Below are positions 1-9,160 of a stretch of 64,000 nucleotides of DNA, one piece after another. The stretch is from NCBI GenBank assembly GCA_964644695.1, contig CAZXWN010000002.1:62001-126000 (forward strand), given 5' to 3'. Position 1 is the stretch's first letter. Every line of letters starts with the position of its first letter. Under the pieces are notes generated by a model, which was not told where the DNA came from, did not search any database, and worked only from the letters and a program-made list of their open reading frames with translations. The stretch is from an uncultured bacterium (GTDB taxonomy: Bacteria > UBP4 > UBA4092). The translations under genes were made by a program, and so were the position numbers.

Positions 1-2
1 CG

Positions 3-260
3 ATGGCCTGTGGGGTTCCTGTGATTTGCTCGAATCGGACTTCCTTGCCGGAAGTGGCCGGAGATGCCGCGATTATCGTTAATCCTGATGAGACGGAACA
101 GGCCGCTGATGCAATGTTAAAATTATTGACCCATCCTGATATCCGACAGGAATATATTCAACGTGGAATAAAACGAATTACTGAATTTTCCTGGAAGAAA
201 ATGGCCTCTGAAACACTGGAGGCTTACCGGGATGCAGAACGAATATGGAAGAAGGCGTGA
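3..260 (+). CDS. Glycosyltransferase family 4 (GT-B), C-terminal fragment, truncated by window edge
   Basis: MACGVPVICSNRTSLPEVAGDAA...FSW is the typical GT4 (WbaZ/MtfB-like) C-terminal nucleotide-sugar-binding segment. Confidence 0.85.
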   Translation: MACGVPVICSNRTSLPEVAGDAAIIVNPDETEQAADAMLKLLTHPDIRQEYIQRGIKRITEFSWKKMASETLEAYRDAERIWKKA

Positions 261-262
261 AT

Positions 263-1282
263 ATGAAGGTTTCTTTAGCCGTTTCTACATATAACAGTGC
301 GAAAACACTACGGCCCTGTATCGAATCACTGATTAATGCAGATTGGCCAGATAAAGAAATTCTGGTGGTGGATGATGGGTCCACAGATGAATCTCTGGAG
401 ATTCTCCGGTCTTATCCTCAGATTAAAGTGTTGCCCCAAAATCATCAGGGTGTCAGTGCTGGCCGGGATTTGGCATTACGGAATGCTTCTGGTGAAATCA
501 TATGTTATACAGATTCAGACTGTGAAGTTGATAGGAACTGGATCAAAGAATTGATAAAACCCCTGGATAATCCTGAAGTAGGCGCCGTAACAGGCAGGAC
601 AGATTTTCGGACGGATGACCGGTGTACCAGTTGGGTGAGAAGTCTGGATATTGCAGAACGGTACGACCACCGGAAAACCTGGACTGAACTGGCCAATGGG
701 ACCAATTGTGCATTCCGGCGGGATTTGCTCATTTCTCTGGGGGGCTTTGATCCGAAATGGTTTCATGCCGAAGATACTGAGGTTAGTTATCAGTTATTAA
801 AATCCGGACATAAAATTTACTATCAACCGACAGCAAAGGTTCGTCATGTACCGGAAGGGGATTGGAAATCTTACCTTCGTAAGCGGTATCGAGGAACTAA
901 GGCCCATTTACGGATGATGCCCAAATATCATACGGATGTTGTGAAAGATGATTTTGTTTCCCTGAAGATGATGGTCCAACCCGTTCTTTATACATTAATG
1001 ACTGGTTTATTGATGGTACTGCCAGTAACTTTGATATGCTCGCTGTTAGGCTTCTCTGGCTGTTGGATTCTTTCGGGGTGGATTAACGGAGTGATTATCG
1101 TTCTGTTTTCATTAGGGATGATGACAGAAATCTCTTTGATATCAAAAGTAGTGAGTCGTTCCCGGAAATCCTCCTTTCTCATTAAATCGTTAGGATTACT
1201 CTCCGCCAAATCGGTCATGATTGGTTGGGGAGTTATATGTGGAGTCTGGTTGAATTTCATTCGACGGCCGAAATTGCAGTGA
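263..1282 (+). CDS. Glycosyltransferase family 2 with C-terminal TM helices
   Basis: VVDDGSTD, YTDSDC (DxD), GGFD and AEDTE motifs; hydrophobic C-terminus. Start placed at ATG 263 just after the upstream stop (ORF track start 245). Confidence 0.88.
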   Translation: MKVSLAVSTYNSAKTLRPCIESLINADWPDKEILVVDDGSTDESLEILRSYPQIKVLPQNHQGVSAGRDLALRNASGEIICYTDSDCEVDRNWIKELIKPLDNPEVGAVTGRTDFRTDDRCTSWVRSLDIAERYDHRKTWTELANGTNCAFRRDLLISLGGFDPKWFHAEDTEVSYQLLKSGHKIYYQPTAKVRHVPEGDWKSYLRKRYRGTKAHLRMMPKYHTDVVKDDFVSLKMMVQPVLYTLMTGLLMVLPVTLICSLLGFSGCWILSGWINGVIIVLFSLGMMTEISLISKVVSRSRKSSFLIKSLGLLSAKSVMIGWGVICGVWLNFIRRPKLQ

Positions 1283-1301
1283 TTTGATAAGATAAGTTCA
1301 A

Positions 1302-2342
1302 ATGCTTGAATACGGTCAAATATACATCCTGGGGTTATTATTGGCTCTGGCTTTGATTCCGGTGTTTCAGAAAATCGGGATAGCTTTGAACTGGGTCGAT
1401 AAACCGGGTACTCGAAAACTCCATCAGGTCCCAATGACGGACCTGGGAGGAGCTGGGATTTATCTGGCTTTTCTGGTTGCTGCCGGGGTAGGGTTATGGA
1501 AATCTTCCTCTCTTTTAATGACAGACCCGAGACCCTTATATGGATTGTTTGTGGGTAGTTTGATGGTCTTTTTATTGGGAGCATTAGATGACAGGAAGGG
1601 GCTTAGTTCTACTCAGAAATTCCTGGGTTTGACTGCGGCCTCTCTGGTATTATGGGCGTTCGGGGGACGAATCGTTGTTTTAACAAATCCTTTCGGAGAC
1701 GAATTTCATCTGGGGATATTCAGTTTACCTTTAACTGTTATTTGGTTGGTGGGAGTATCGAATGCCATTAATCTGATGGATGGGTTGGATGGGTTGGCGG
1801 GCGGGGTGGCGTTTATGGCCAGTATGACTCTGATGTTTATTGCCTTGTTACAGGGTGAACCGGTGATTGCTATCCTCATGGCGGCATTATCGGGAAGTAT
1901 CCTCGGATTTCTTAAATACAATTTACCTCCTGCGTCGATATTCATGGGGGATGCGGGAGCATTGACGCTGGGATTTCTCCTGGCTTCAACGGCAGTGATT
2001 ACCCGATATAAGACGACTGTGGCGATGGCGTTACTGATTCCGTTGGCTGCCCTTTTGATACCCATTGCAGATACCTTGTTTACCATTCTCAGGCGGTGGA
2101 AGGCTGGAAAACCTTTATTTCAGGCAGACCGGGGACATCTTCATCATCGGTTGTTAGATAAAGGATTTACACCCAAACAAATCATCACGATTGTTTATGG
2201 GATAGGTTTAGTTCTGGGGCTGATTTCTATCAGTTTTATATTTATTCCCAAACAGTACGCTTTTATGATTTTATGTGGACTGGCACTGGTCTTTCTGGTG
2301 GTGCTGTATCGCCTGGAATCCTCTTCTTCGCACCGTAAATAA
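1302..2342 (+). CDS. wecA: Undecaprenyl-phosphate GlcNAc-1-phosphate transferase (WecA/TagO, MraY family)
   Basis: GALDD, NAINLMDGLDGLA, IFMGDAG and DRGHLHHRL motifs; polytopic membrane protein. Confidence 0.88.
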   Translation: MLEYGQIYILGLLLALALIPVFQKIGIALNWVDKPGTRKLHQVPMTDLGGAGIYLAFLVAAGVGLWKSSSLLMTDPRPLYGLFVGSLMVFLLGALDDRKGLSSTQKFLGLTAASLVLWAFGGRIVVLTNPFGDEFHLGIFSLPLTVIWLVGVSNAINLMDGLDGLAGGVAFMASMTLMFIALLQGEPVIAILMAALSGSILGFLKYNLPPASIFMGDAGALTLGFLLASTAVITRYKTTVAMALLIPLAALLIPIADTLFTILRRWKAGKPLFQADRGHLHHRLLDKGFTPKQIITIVYGIGLVLGLISISFIFIPKQYAFMILCGLALVFLVVLYRLESSSSHRK

Positions 2343-2400
2343 CACTCGCAAAAGTCCATCGATTACCCTGTCTGGAAATCCATTTATCCTTTTTTGCGTT

Positions 2401-2445
2401 CGAACTATCCACGGACCTGCTCGGAGTAGCTCCGTGGATGATTCG
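2401..2445. repeat. 45-bp near-palindromic intergenic element, copy 1
   Basis: CGAACTATCCACGGA-CCTGCTCGGAGTAGC-TCCGTGGATGATTCG; lies between convergent wecA and tsaD. Confidence 0.9.
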
Positions 2446-2475
2446 TCAAACTGACGAACCAGAAATGAATATGTG

Positions 2476-3492
2476 TTATTCCCGGGTAATGTCCAATGTG
2501 GCGTAGGCATTTGAATCCATGCCAGCCGGTTCACATCCTGATAGGGCCATATAATATCCAGCATTGGCTATCATGGCTCCATTATCCGTACAGAAAGCCA
2601 TCTTGGGTTTGTACATATTAAATTTATGTTTGATACAGGCTTGTTCCAATTGTTCACGCAGAGCTGAATTGGCAGCAACACCCCCGCATAACAAGACCGA
2701 TTTGGCTGAGTATTGTTTTGCGGCCCGGATAGTTTTTTTGACCAGTACATCAATGACTGCCTGTTGGAAACTGGCGCAGATATCTTCTAATGTTACTTCA
2801 TCGCTGCCGAGTGGGTGGGTTTCCAGGTAACGCACAACAGAGGTCTTTAAACCACTGAAACTGAACTCAAACTTATCTTTATCAAGCCAGGCTCGTGGAA
2901 ATGCTACAGCTTTAGGGTTGCCGGCTTTTGCCAGCAGGTCAATCTGTGGGCCTGCTGGATAGGGGAGGTTCAGTTTTTTACCGACTTTGTCAAAAGCTTC
3001 ACCGGCGGCATCATCAATGGTTGATCCCAAGACCTTAAATTTCATGTGGTCTTTCATATAGACCAGACAAGTATGCCCACCGGATACGACCATGGCCAGA
3101 GCTGGGAATTGTATCTGTTCAGAATGTTCCAGGAAAGTGGCATAAATATGCCCGTGCATGTGGTTGACCGCCATCAGGGGCTTTCCAGTGGACAAGGATA
3201 TCGCCTTGGCGGCGGTGACCCCCATCAACAATGCCCCTACTAATCCGGGACCATAAGTGGTGGCAATCACATCGACATCATCTATTGTGCATCCTGCCGT
3301 TTCAAAAGCTTCATCTAAAACAGGAAGAAATGCCTCAATATGGGCACGGGAGGCTATCTCCGGCACCACTCCCCCATATTTTCGGTGAAGGTCGATTTGT
3401 GAAGATACAATATTGGCACGGATGTTCTTTCCATCTTCTACGAGAGCGACGGACGTTTCGTCACAGGATGTCTCTATTCCGAGGACTAACAT
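2476..3492 (-). CDS. tsaD: tRNA N6-adenosine threonylcarbamoyltransferase TsaD
   Basis: LGIETSCDET, GGVVPEIASRAH, NHMHGH, SGGHT, DDAAGEAFDK, FSFSGLKT and CTDNGAMIA motifs. Confidence 0.97.
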   Translation of the reverse strand: MLVLGIETSCDETSVALVEDGKNIRANIVSSQIDLHRKYGGVVPEIASRAHIEAFLPVLDEAFETAGCTIDDVDVIATTYGPGLVGALLMGVTAAKAISLSTGKPLMAVNHMHGHIYATFLEHSEQIQFPALAMVVSGGHTCLVYMKDHMKFKVLGSTIDDAAGEAFDKVGKKLNLPYPAGPQIDLLAKAGNPKAVAFPRAWLDKDKFEFSFSGLKTSVVRYLETHPLGSDEVTLEDICASFQQAVIDVLVKKTIRAAKQYSAKSVLLCGGVAANSALREQLEQACIKHKFNMYKPKMAFCTDNGAMIANAGYYMALSGCEPAGMDSNAYATLDITRE

Positions 3493-3564
3493 ATTTTCAA
3501 TTCTACTTTTTAATTTAGATTTAATTCTGACAGAGGATATTCTCTGTCAGGTTTGAGTTGCTTA

Positions 3565-5406
3565 TTATTTCTTAAACAGTCCAGAGATAATTTTTCCGAA
3601 CTGGGAACCCGTTGAGGGAACTTGATATCCTCGTCCCTGTCGGTCGGTGACAATTTGCCGTTTTGCTTTGCTGAAACAGGCCAATGCCAGAGGAAAACGC
3701 CGTTCCCAGGACTCCGCATTATCCGATAAAAAGATGACAGTGTCATAATGGTTTTTTCGGATGGAGTGCAGTAAATTTCCAAATTCAGATAATTTCTGAA
3801 GGCCATGGGAATCAGGGATAGACTCAATGGAACTATACCGTTGTTTTAATATTTCATGATTCGTCATTTCTGAGGGTGCCATCAGAGATAACGAACAATG
3901 AGGAGAGTTTTTCCTGATGGTTTCCGCAGTATGGAGAGCTAACCCCACATCCGCATAGTTAATGACTAGTATGGATTCGTTCTCACATACCGGGGTCCAT
4001 GAATCCAGCCAGGGGTTGTCTGCGCAGGGACTTTCATTCAACAGCCTTTTTTCTTCACATCGTTTATACCAGAGGTCATAAGCCCGATTAAAGGCATTAA
4101 TGAGGTCGTCCGAAGTCAACTCCTCTGTTCGGATAACGGAAGACCTGTTTCCATCAAAATCAGACCATGAGGCCGCAAACAGATATCCTTTTTGTTTCAG
4201 TTCATCATAATACCGGGTCCCGGGGAATGGGGTGATAATCGAATATTGAAGACTGTCGGGGTCCAGTTCCATCGCGTAATCAATAGTTTTCTGGATGGTC
4301 TCATGTGTTTCGCCGGTGAGTCCAAAAGTGAACGTCAGGTGAACTTTGATTCCAGCCTTTTTGGTGAGATGAACGATCTCGGTAACTTTATTCAGGTTCA
4401 GACTTTTACCGCAACCATTTACCAGTTCCTGCACTCCCGATTCTACTCCGTATTTAATGGCGACCAGTCCCGCATCTGCCATAGCCTGGAGCATCTCTCC
4501 GTCCAGAGTATCCGCTCGTGCCATCGCTGCCCAGGGAACAGTGATGCCCCGTTTTTTGATTTCCTGGCACAGCTTCATGATTCTTTCTTTGCCCAGGTCA
4601 AAAGTATCGTCATCAAAATAAACGGCCTTAAATCCATAATTTTGGATAAGCCATTCCATTTCATCAACGACTTTGACCGGGTCTCGCGGCCGATATTTGT
4701 TATTGGCATACACGACTTGGGGCCACAAGCAGAAATTACAACGGAAGGGACATCCCCGGGATGCCCACATCTGGACATTCGGTCGGGGCAATAATCCAGC
4801 AAAATCATCGTTATATTTTAAGAGTGGTAATTGCTGGTAGGCAGGCCAGGGAAGTTCATCCACATTATCAATGGTGGGTCTTCGGGGATTAGCAACAGGT
4901 TTCCCAGAGTCGTCTCGATAAATCAAACCGAGAACTTCAGATAAGGGAGTTTTATTTTCCAGTGCATTAACTAAATCTCTGAGAGTATATTCATATTCCC
5001 CCATCAAGATGAAATCAATTTCTGGATTTTCTTTTAAGACTGTATCTTGAAATACGGAAACATGCGGACCGGAGAAGGTCATTAAGGCCTTTGTATCTTT
5101 TTTTAATCGGAGAGCTGCTTCTAAATCCGCATCAAAAGAGGGGGTTGATGTTTCAAGAACAATCAGGTCGGGTTTAAAGTGAAGGGCTTCCTGTACAAAC
5201 TCATCCAATGAAAGACTGTCAACAATCGCATCAACGATTTTGACTTCATGCCCTGCCTGTTCCAAGACGGAGGTGGCATACGCCAGATAAAAAGGGAACG
5301 GCATATAGGGAGAATTCGGTTCCAGCCAGTGCGGCCATCGTGAACCTGCCCGAACACCCTGTTGACCCTCTTTCTGCCAGGGGGCATTGCCTAAAAATAC
5401 TCGCAT
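3565..5406 (-). CDS. Cobalamin-binding radical SAM enzyme (HpnJ/BchE-like) with extra C-terminal domain
   Basis: N-terminal B12-binding domain (GPH, GEYE), SRGCPFRCNFC, FDDDTF and YGVESG; about 140 extra C-terminal residues. Start placed at ATG 5406 after GGAG (track start 5418). Confidence 0.88.
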   Translation of the reverse strand: MRVFLGNAPWQKEGQQGVRAGSRWPHWLEPNSPYMPFPFYLAYATSVLEQAGHEVKIVDAIVDSLSLDEFVQEALHFKPDLIVLETSTPSFDADLEAALRLKKDTKALMTFSGPHVSVFQDTVLKENPEIDFILMGEYEYTLRDLVNALENKTPLSEVLGLIYRDDSGKPVANPRRPTIDNVDELPWPAYQQLPLLKYNDDFAGLLPRPNVQMWASRGCPFRCNFCLWPQVVYANNKYRPRDPVKVVDEMEWLIQNYGFKAVYFDDDTFDLGKERIMKLCQEIKKRGITVPWAAMARADTLDGEMLQAMADAGLVAIKYGVESGVQELVNGCGKSLNLNKVTEIVHLTKKAGIKVHLTFTFGLTGETHETIQKTIDYAMELDPDSLQYSIITPFPGTRYYDELKQKGYLFAASWSDFDGNRSSVIRTEELTSDDLINAFNRAYDLWYKRCEEKRLLNESPCADNPWLDSWTPVCENESILVINYADVGLALHTAETIRKNSPHCSLSLMAPSEMTNHEILKQRYSSIESIPDSHGLQKLSEFGNLLHSIRKNHYDTVIFLSDNAESWERRFPLALACFSKAKRQIVTDRQGRGYQVPSTGSQFGKIISGLFKK

Positions 5407-5495
5407 ATATGACTCCATAAATGCCGGATAATTGTCTAATATAGTGGATTTTCATTTTATCATACCGATTATGTAACTCTTTTTAACCGGACAGA

Positions 5496-6761
5496 CTAAA
5501 AACGGCGGCGTAACCCTAATCGTTTCAGGCAGAAGTTGACTCCCATCAAACCCAGACTGAATCCAAGGAGTTGATTAACAATACCCCTTCGGCTGTCGGG
5601 AGTGAATCGGGGTTCATTCAGGGCTTTTTGGTAAGCTGTTTCCAGCTGGTCCACAGTCCAACTCCAGTTGTAAATAGATTCAGCTCGTTGGCGTGCGGAT
5701 TTGGAGTATGCCTGTCTTAATTCTGGATGGTTCAAGAGATGATTGACCTGCGTTGCTAAATCCAGAGGATTCCCCGGTTCCATCAAGGCGCCACAACCTT
5801 CCACCATGGGGATGACCTCACCGACTTTGCTGGCGACAATTGCTTTTCCAGCCGCCAGATATTCGGCAATTTTTAGTGGACTCTTACACCGGGTTACTGA
5901 TGTGTCATCGAAACAGGCAATTGCGATATCCGCAGCCGCCAAGTATAGGGGGACCTGTGTGTGTGGAACATAATCCGTGAAGATGACAGAGTTAAGTCCA
6001 TCGTTAGTTGCTTTTTTAATCAAGCCGGGCAGTGTTTTTCCTCCGCCAAGGACAAAAAAAGTAACCGTGGGATGGGCTCTTTTGATTTCCGGGACGGCAT
6101 CCAATAATAAATCAACGTAGTTGGCGCCTTCCAATTGTCCGGCATAAATGACAATCGGCCCTTTGATTTTATATCTATCTCGTATCTCCTGACCGGATGT
6201 GGACGGGTGAAAGAATTTTAAATCAGCACCCACTGGTGCGGGTACAATTCTGTCTTCCGGCATCCCTCGTTCAGCAGATAAATCCCTCAGTGTTTGGCTG
6301 GCTCCGGAGAGGGTGTCACAGGCCAATGGAAGTAACTGTTCATAGTATTGGATATCCAGTAAGTCTGTACCGGATACACCCATATCCCGTGCAATGGCAC
6401 ATTCCCAGTCGTCCCAATCGTAATGAAGGGGGATTCCTAACTTTTGGACTGCCAGAAGTGCCGGTAATACCGTATTGGAGGTACATTTTTGTATATGAAG
6501 GATGTCCGCATCTTGTCCGGCATTTATTAAAGTTTTCGCATTTTTCAGAAATGACCGCCGTGGCCAATCCAACTCAATCAATTCCAAACCTTCCGGCATA
6601 TTCTTGTGAATCAGTCCTGTCTTTTTTCGGTAATCAGGGTCAGGTAAATGAGCCAGAGTTACTTGATGTCCACGCCGGATTAGATGTTCAGCAAACTTCA
6701 GGGGGCGAATCATCCATGGGTGGCAGTAAGGGTCATGAGGATGAACCATCAGGATCTTCAT
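5496..6761 (-). CDS. Glycosyltransferase family 4
   Basis: GT-B features: KSPLKIAEYLAAGKAIVAS, YNW, HYDWDDWE. Confidence 0.9.
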   Translation of the reverse strand: MKILMVHPHDPYCHPWMIRPLKFAEHLIRRGHQVTLAHLPDPDYRKKTGLIHKNMPEGLELIELDWPRRSFLKNAKTLINAGQDADILHIQKCTSNTVLPALLAVQKLGIPLHYDWDDWECAIARDMGVSGTDLLDIQYYEQLLPLACDTLSGASQTLRDLSAERGMPEDRIVPAPVGADLKFFHPSTSGQEIRDRYKIKGPIVIYAGQLEGANYVDLLLDAVPEIKRAHPTVTFFVLGGGKTLPGLIKKATNDGLNSVIFTDYVPHTQVPLYLAAADIAIACFDDTSVTRCKSPLKIAEYLAAGKAIVASKVGEVIPMVEGCGALMEPGNPLDLATQVNHLLNHPELRQAYSKSARQRAESIYNWSWTVDQLETAYQKALNEPRFTPDSRRGIVNQLLGFSLGLMGVNFCLKRLGLRRRF

Positions 6762-8005
6762 TGTTTCTTGAAATCCTCTACAACCTGGGTTAACAGGGGA
6801 ATGTAATGGTTCTCAATGATAGATTCCCAAGTGTACAGAGTATCGGCTAACATGCGGCCGTTGTACCCCATAGACTTTCTCAAACCGGGATTATCCATAA
6901 GGTATCCCAGTTGTTCTGCCAGTATGTCCGCCCGGCCAAATGGAAATTTGAATCCATTATATCCATGCCGAATCGTATCATTGATCCCACCGACTGCCGT
7001 TCCTACGACGGGAATACCGGATGCCATGGCCTCCAGAGTGACAAGACCAAAGGGTTCATGCCACTGTGAAGGGATAACTGCGATATCTGATTGACGATAG
7101 GCTTCTGCTAATTGCTCACGGTTAAGCCATCCCGTTGAAGAATAAATCCCATCCTCAAATTTATTCGGATCTGTGAAGAGTATCCTGAAATCATTACGGC
7201 GTTTTGAAAGGATTTCAGCTGCTTCCCGTACGATTCCGGCTCCTTTTCGAGGGTCATGTACTCTGCCAGACATAAAGATGACCATCCGGGAATCGTCGGA
7301 ACGGTTTGGGACTTCTGTCGCTGGGTGATACAGTTTGGTATCGACTCCACCCGGAATGACCTGGGTATTATGGTTATAGTAATAAAACTCTTCCCGGGAC
7401 CATTGATTGTATACAATAATACCAGCAGCGCGCTGGAGGGATTTTACAATTATATGTTTGTAGAAGGGTGCAAAGCCCAGACCGGTAATGTATTCGTGGA
7501 TGAATTCATCCATCCCATTATGAACCCAGGACCAGCGCATCATCCGAATTGCACATTGAGTACAATATCCCGGTGTCCGCAAGAAGTGAGTTTTGCATAT
7601 TTCCCCATGTCGAATCATACCGATATAGTTTGGACATATCATCTCATGCCCAAAAAATCGCTGGATGACAGGGACTTCCTTGAAAGCCAGGCCTATCCAG
7701 GGTTTCATGGTGTAGGCATCGCCGACCATGACAACATCAGGTTGCCATTCCATTACTTCGTCATGGAATCTCTGGGGAGCCGTCTTCCAATTGAACTGTG
7801 AAGGAGTGAAGGGGAGTGTAAATACAGGAAAGGGCAGTTCATCCTTTATCTCACCCCGGGGAACAAAACCATATTGAAACCGGGGTACAAATAAGGCTAC
7901 ATCATGTCCCTTTGCTTGAAGCCGGGTCATGACTTCATATGTATCTATCCATGATCCACCCGTAGCAGGCCAGTGGAACGTTAAATCAATAAAGGCGATT
8001 CGCAT
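6758..8005 (-). CDS. Glycosyltransferase family 4
   Basis: PSQWHEPFGLVTLEAMASGIPVV (EX7E motif); ATGA overlap with the next gene. Confidence 0.92.
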   Translation of the reverse strand: MRIAFIDLTFHWPATGGSWIDTYEVMTRLQAKGHDVALFVPRFQYGFVPRGEIKDELPFPVFTLPFTPSQFNWKTAPQRFHDEVMEWQPDVVMVGDAYTMKPWIGLAFKEVPVIQRFFGHEMICPNYIGMIRHGEICKTHFLRTPGYCTQCAIRMMRWSWVHNGMDEFIHEYITGLGFAPFYKHIIVKSLQRAAGIIVYNQWSREEFYYYNHNTQVIPGGVDTKLYHPATEVPNRSDDSRMVIFMSGRVHDPRKGAGIVREAAEILSKRRNDFRILFTDPNKFEDGIYSSTGWLNREQLAEAYRQSDIAVIPSQWHEPFGLVTLEAMASGIPVVGTAVGGINDTIRHGYNGFKFPFGRADILAEQLGYLMDNPGLRKSMGYNGRMLADTLYTWESIIENHYIPLLTQVVEDFKKQ

Positions 8006-8026
8006 ATTCTATTATCCAAGTATGGT

Positions 8027-9157
8027 TCAGACAGGAAGTCCGACCAATAAATCATAAAGTCGTTTGGAAAGCACATCCAGACAATATTCATTTTTAATAA
8101 GTTGATGAGCCTTGATACCAATATCTTTTCTCAAACTGACATCACGGGCCAGTCGATCCATCCGGTCAACAAAATCATCCACTGTTTGTCCGATGAACCC
8201 TGTCTCTCCATCTTTGAGTATATTTGATAACTCTCCGACTCCGTGGGCCACCACAGGCAGTCCAGTAGCAAGATATTCGAACATCTTGGTTGGGCTTTTG
8301 GATCGAGTCCACATGCTGTCTTTCACCAGAGGCATCATTCCGATATCGGCCTCATTCAATACCCTGTCCATTTCGTCGTGTTTCACCCAGGACTGGAGCT
8401 TGATAGGGACTCCGGCAAAATCCGTCTTAGTCCATTTTTCCACTTGATCCCAACATACACCTCCACCGACAAGTTGGAGTTCCACTTTTGGATTTATGGA
8501 ATAAAGTTTCTTCATGGCTTCAAACATGAACCGGATATTTTCCAGAATAGGATCTCCCCAGACAACGCCAGTCCAGATGAACCGAACCGTTTCTTTTTCT
8601 TTTCGGGGTTGATGATGGAACCGATTCAAATCTGCTCCGGTTGGAATATATTTTACTTTGGGATTGAATTGCCCCATGTAATCCATCAGAAAGTGACTGG
8701 AAGCGACGCAACACACTGAATTACGGATAATGTTTTCCGTCATCTTTACATAATTATTTTCGCCAAACCAAAACTTGTTTAGCCAGGGCCTGTTGAAAAT
8801 ACAGGGGAAATCTATATCGTAGTCATCGTAATCAAATACATAGGGCTGTTTACGAAGGCGCCATGTGAGATACTGGGCGCCAGTATGGTACAAAATCTTC
8901 TGCATATAAAACAGAGTATTGGGCTGTCCTAACAATTTCGGGAAAGCCTTCAAATTGAGGATGAGTTTCTGCTTATCCGACAAGGCATACATGTCGGCCT
9001 CAGAATGCTGTGGTCCCAGATGGTCTCGGTAAGACAAAACCTTCGTATTTAATCCCATCCCGGCCAGTGCCTCCGCAAAATGGTAGCAACGGACTCTGGT
9101 ATGGGGATAGGCATACCCGCTGATTCCAATAAACAGAACTTTTTTAGATAATTTCAA
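8027..9157 (-). CDS. Glycosyltransferase family 4
   Basis: KSPTKMFEYLATGLPVV, VFDYDDYD; resembles 5496..6761. TTG start. Confidence 0.88.
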   Translation of the reverse strand: MKLSKKVLFIGISGYAYPHTRVRCYHFAEALAGMGLNTKVLSYRDHLGPQHSEADMYALSDKQKLILNLKAFPKLLGQPNTLFYMQKILYHTGAQYLTWRLRKQPYVFDYDDYDIDFPCIFNRPWLNKFWFGENNYVKMTENIIRNSVCCVASSHFLMDYMGQFNPKVKYIPTGADLNRFHHQPRKEKETVRFIWTGVVWGDPILENIRFMFEAMKKLYSINPKVELQLVGGGVCWDQVEKWTKTDFAGVPIKLQSWVKHDEMDRVLNEADIGMMPLVKDSMWTRSKSPTKMFEYLATGLPVVAHGVGELSNILKDGETGFIGQTVDDFVDRMDRLARDVSLRKDIGIKAHQLIKNEYCLDVLSKRLYDLLVGLPV

Positions 9158-9160
9158 GTA

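Noticed and set aside
3510-7801. Several 100-200 aa alternative-frame ORFs in the glycan operon (e.g. 4192..4794, 6197..6793, 7256..7801)
   Set aside because: They overlap motif-supported genes almost entirely and show no recognisable domains.
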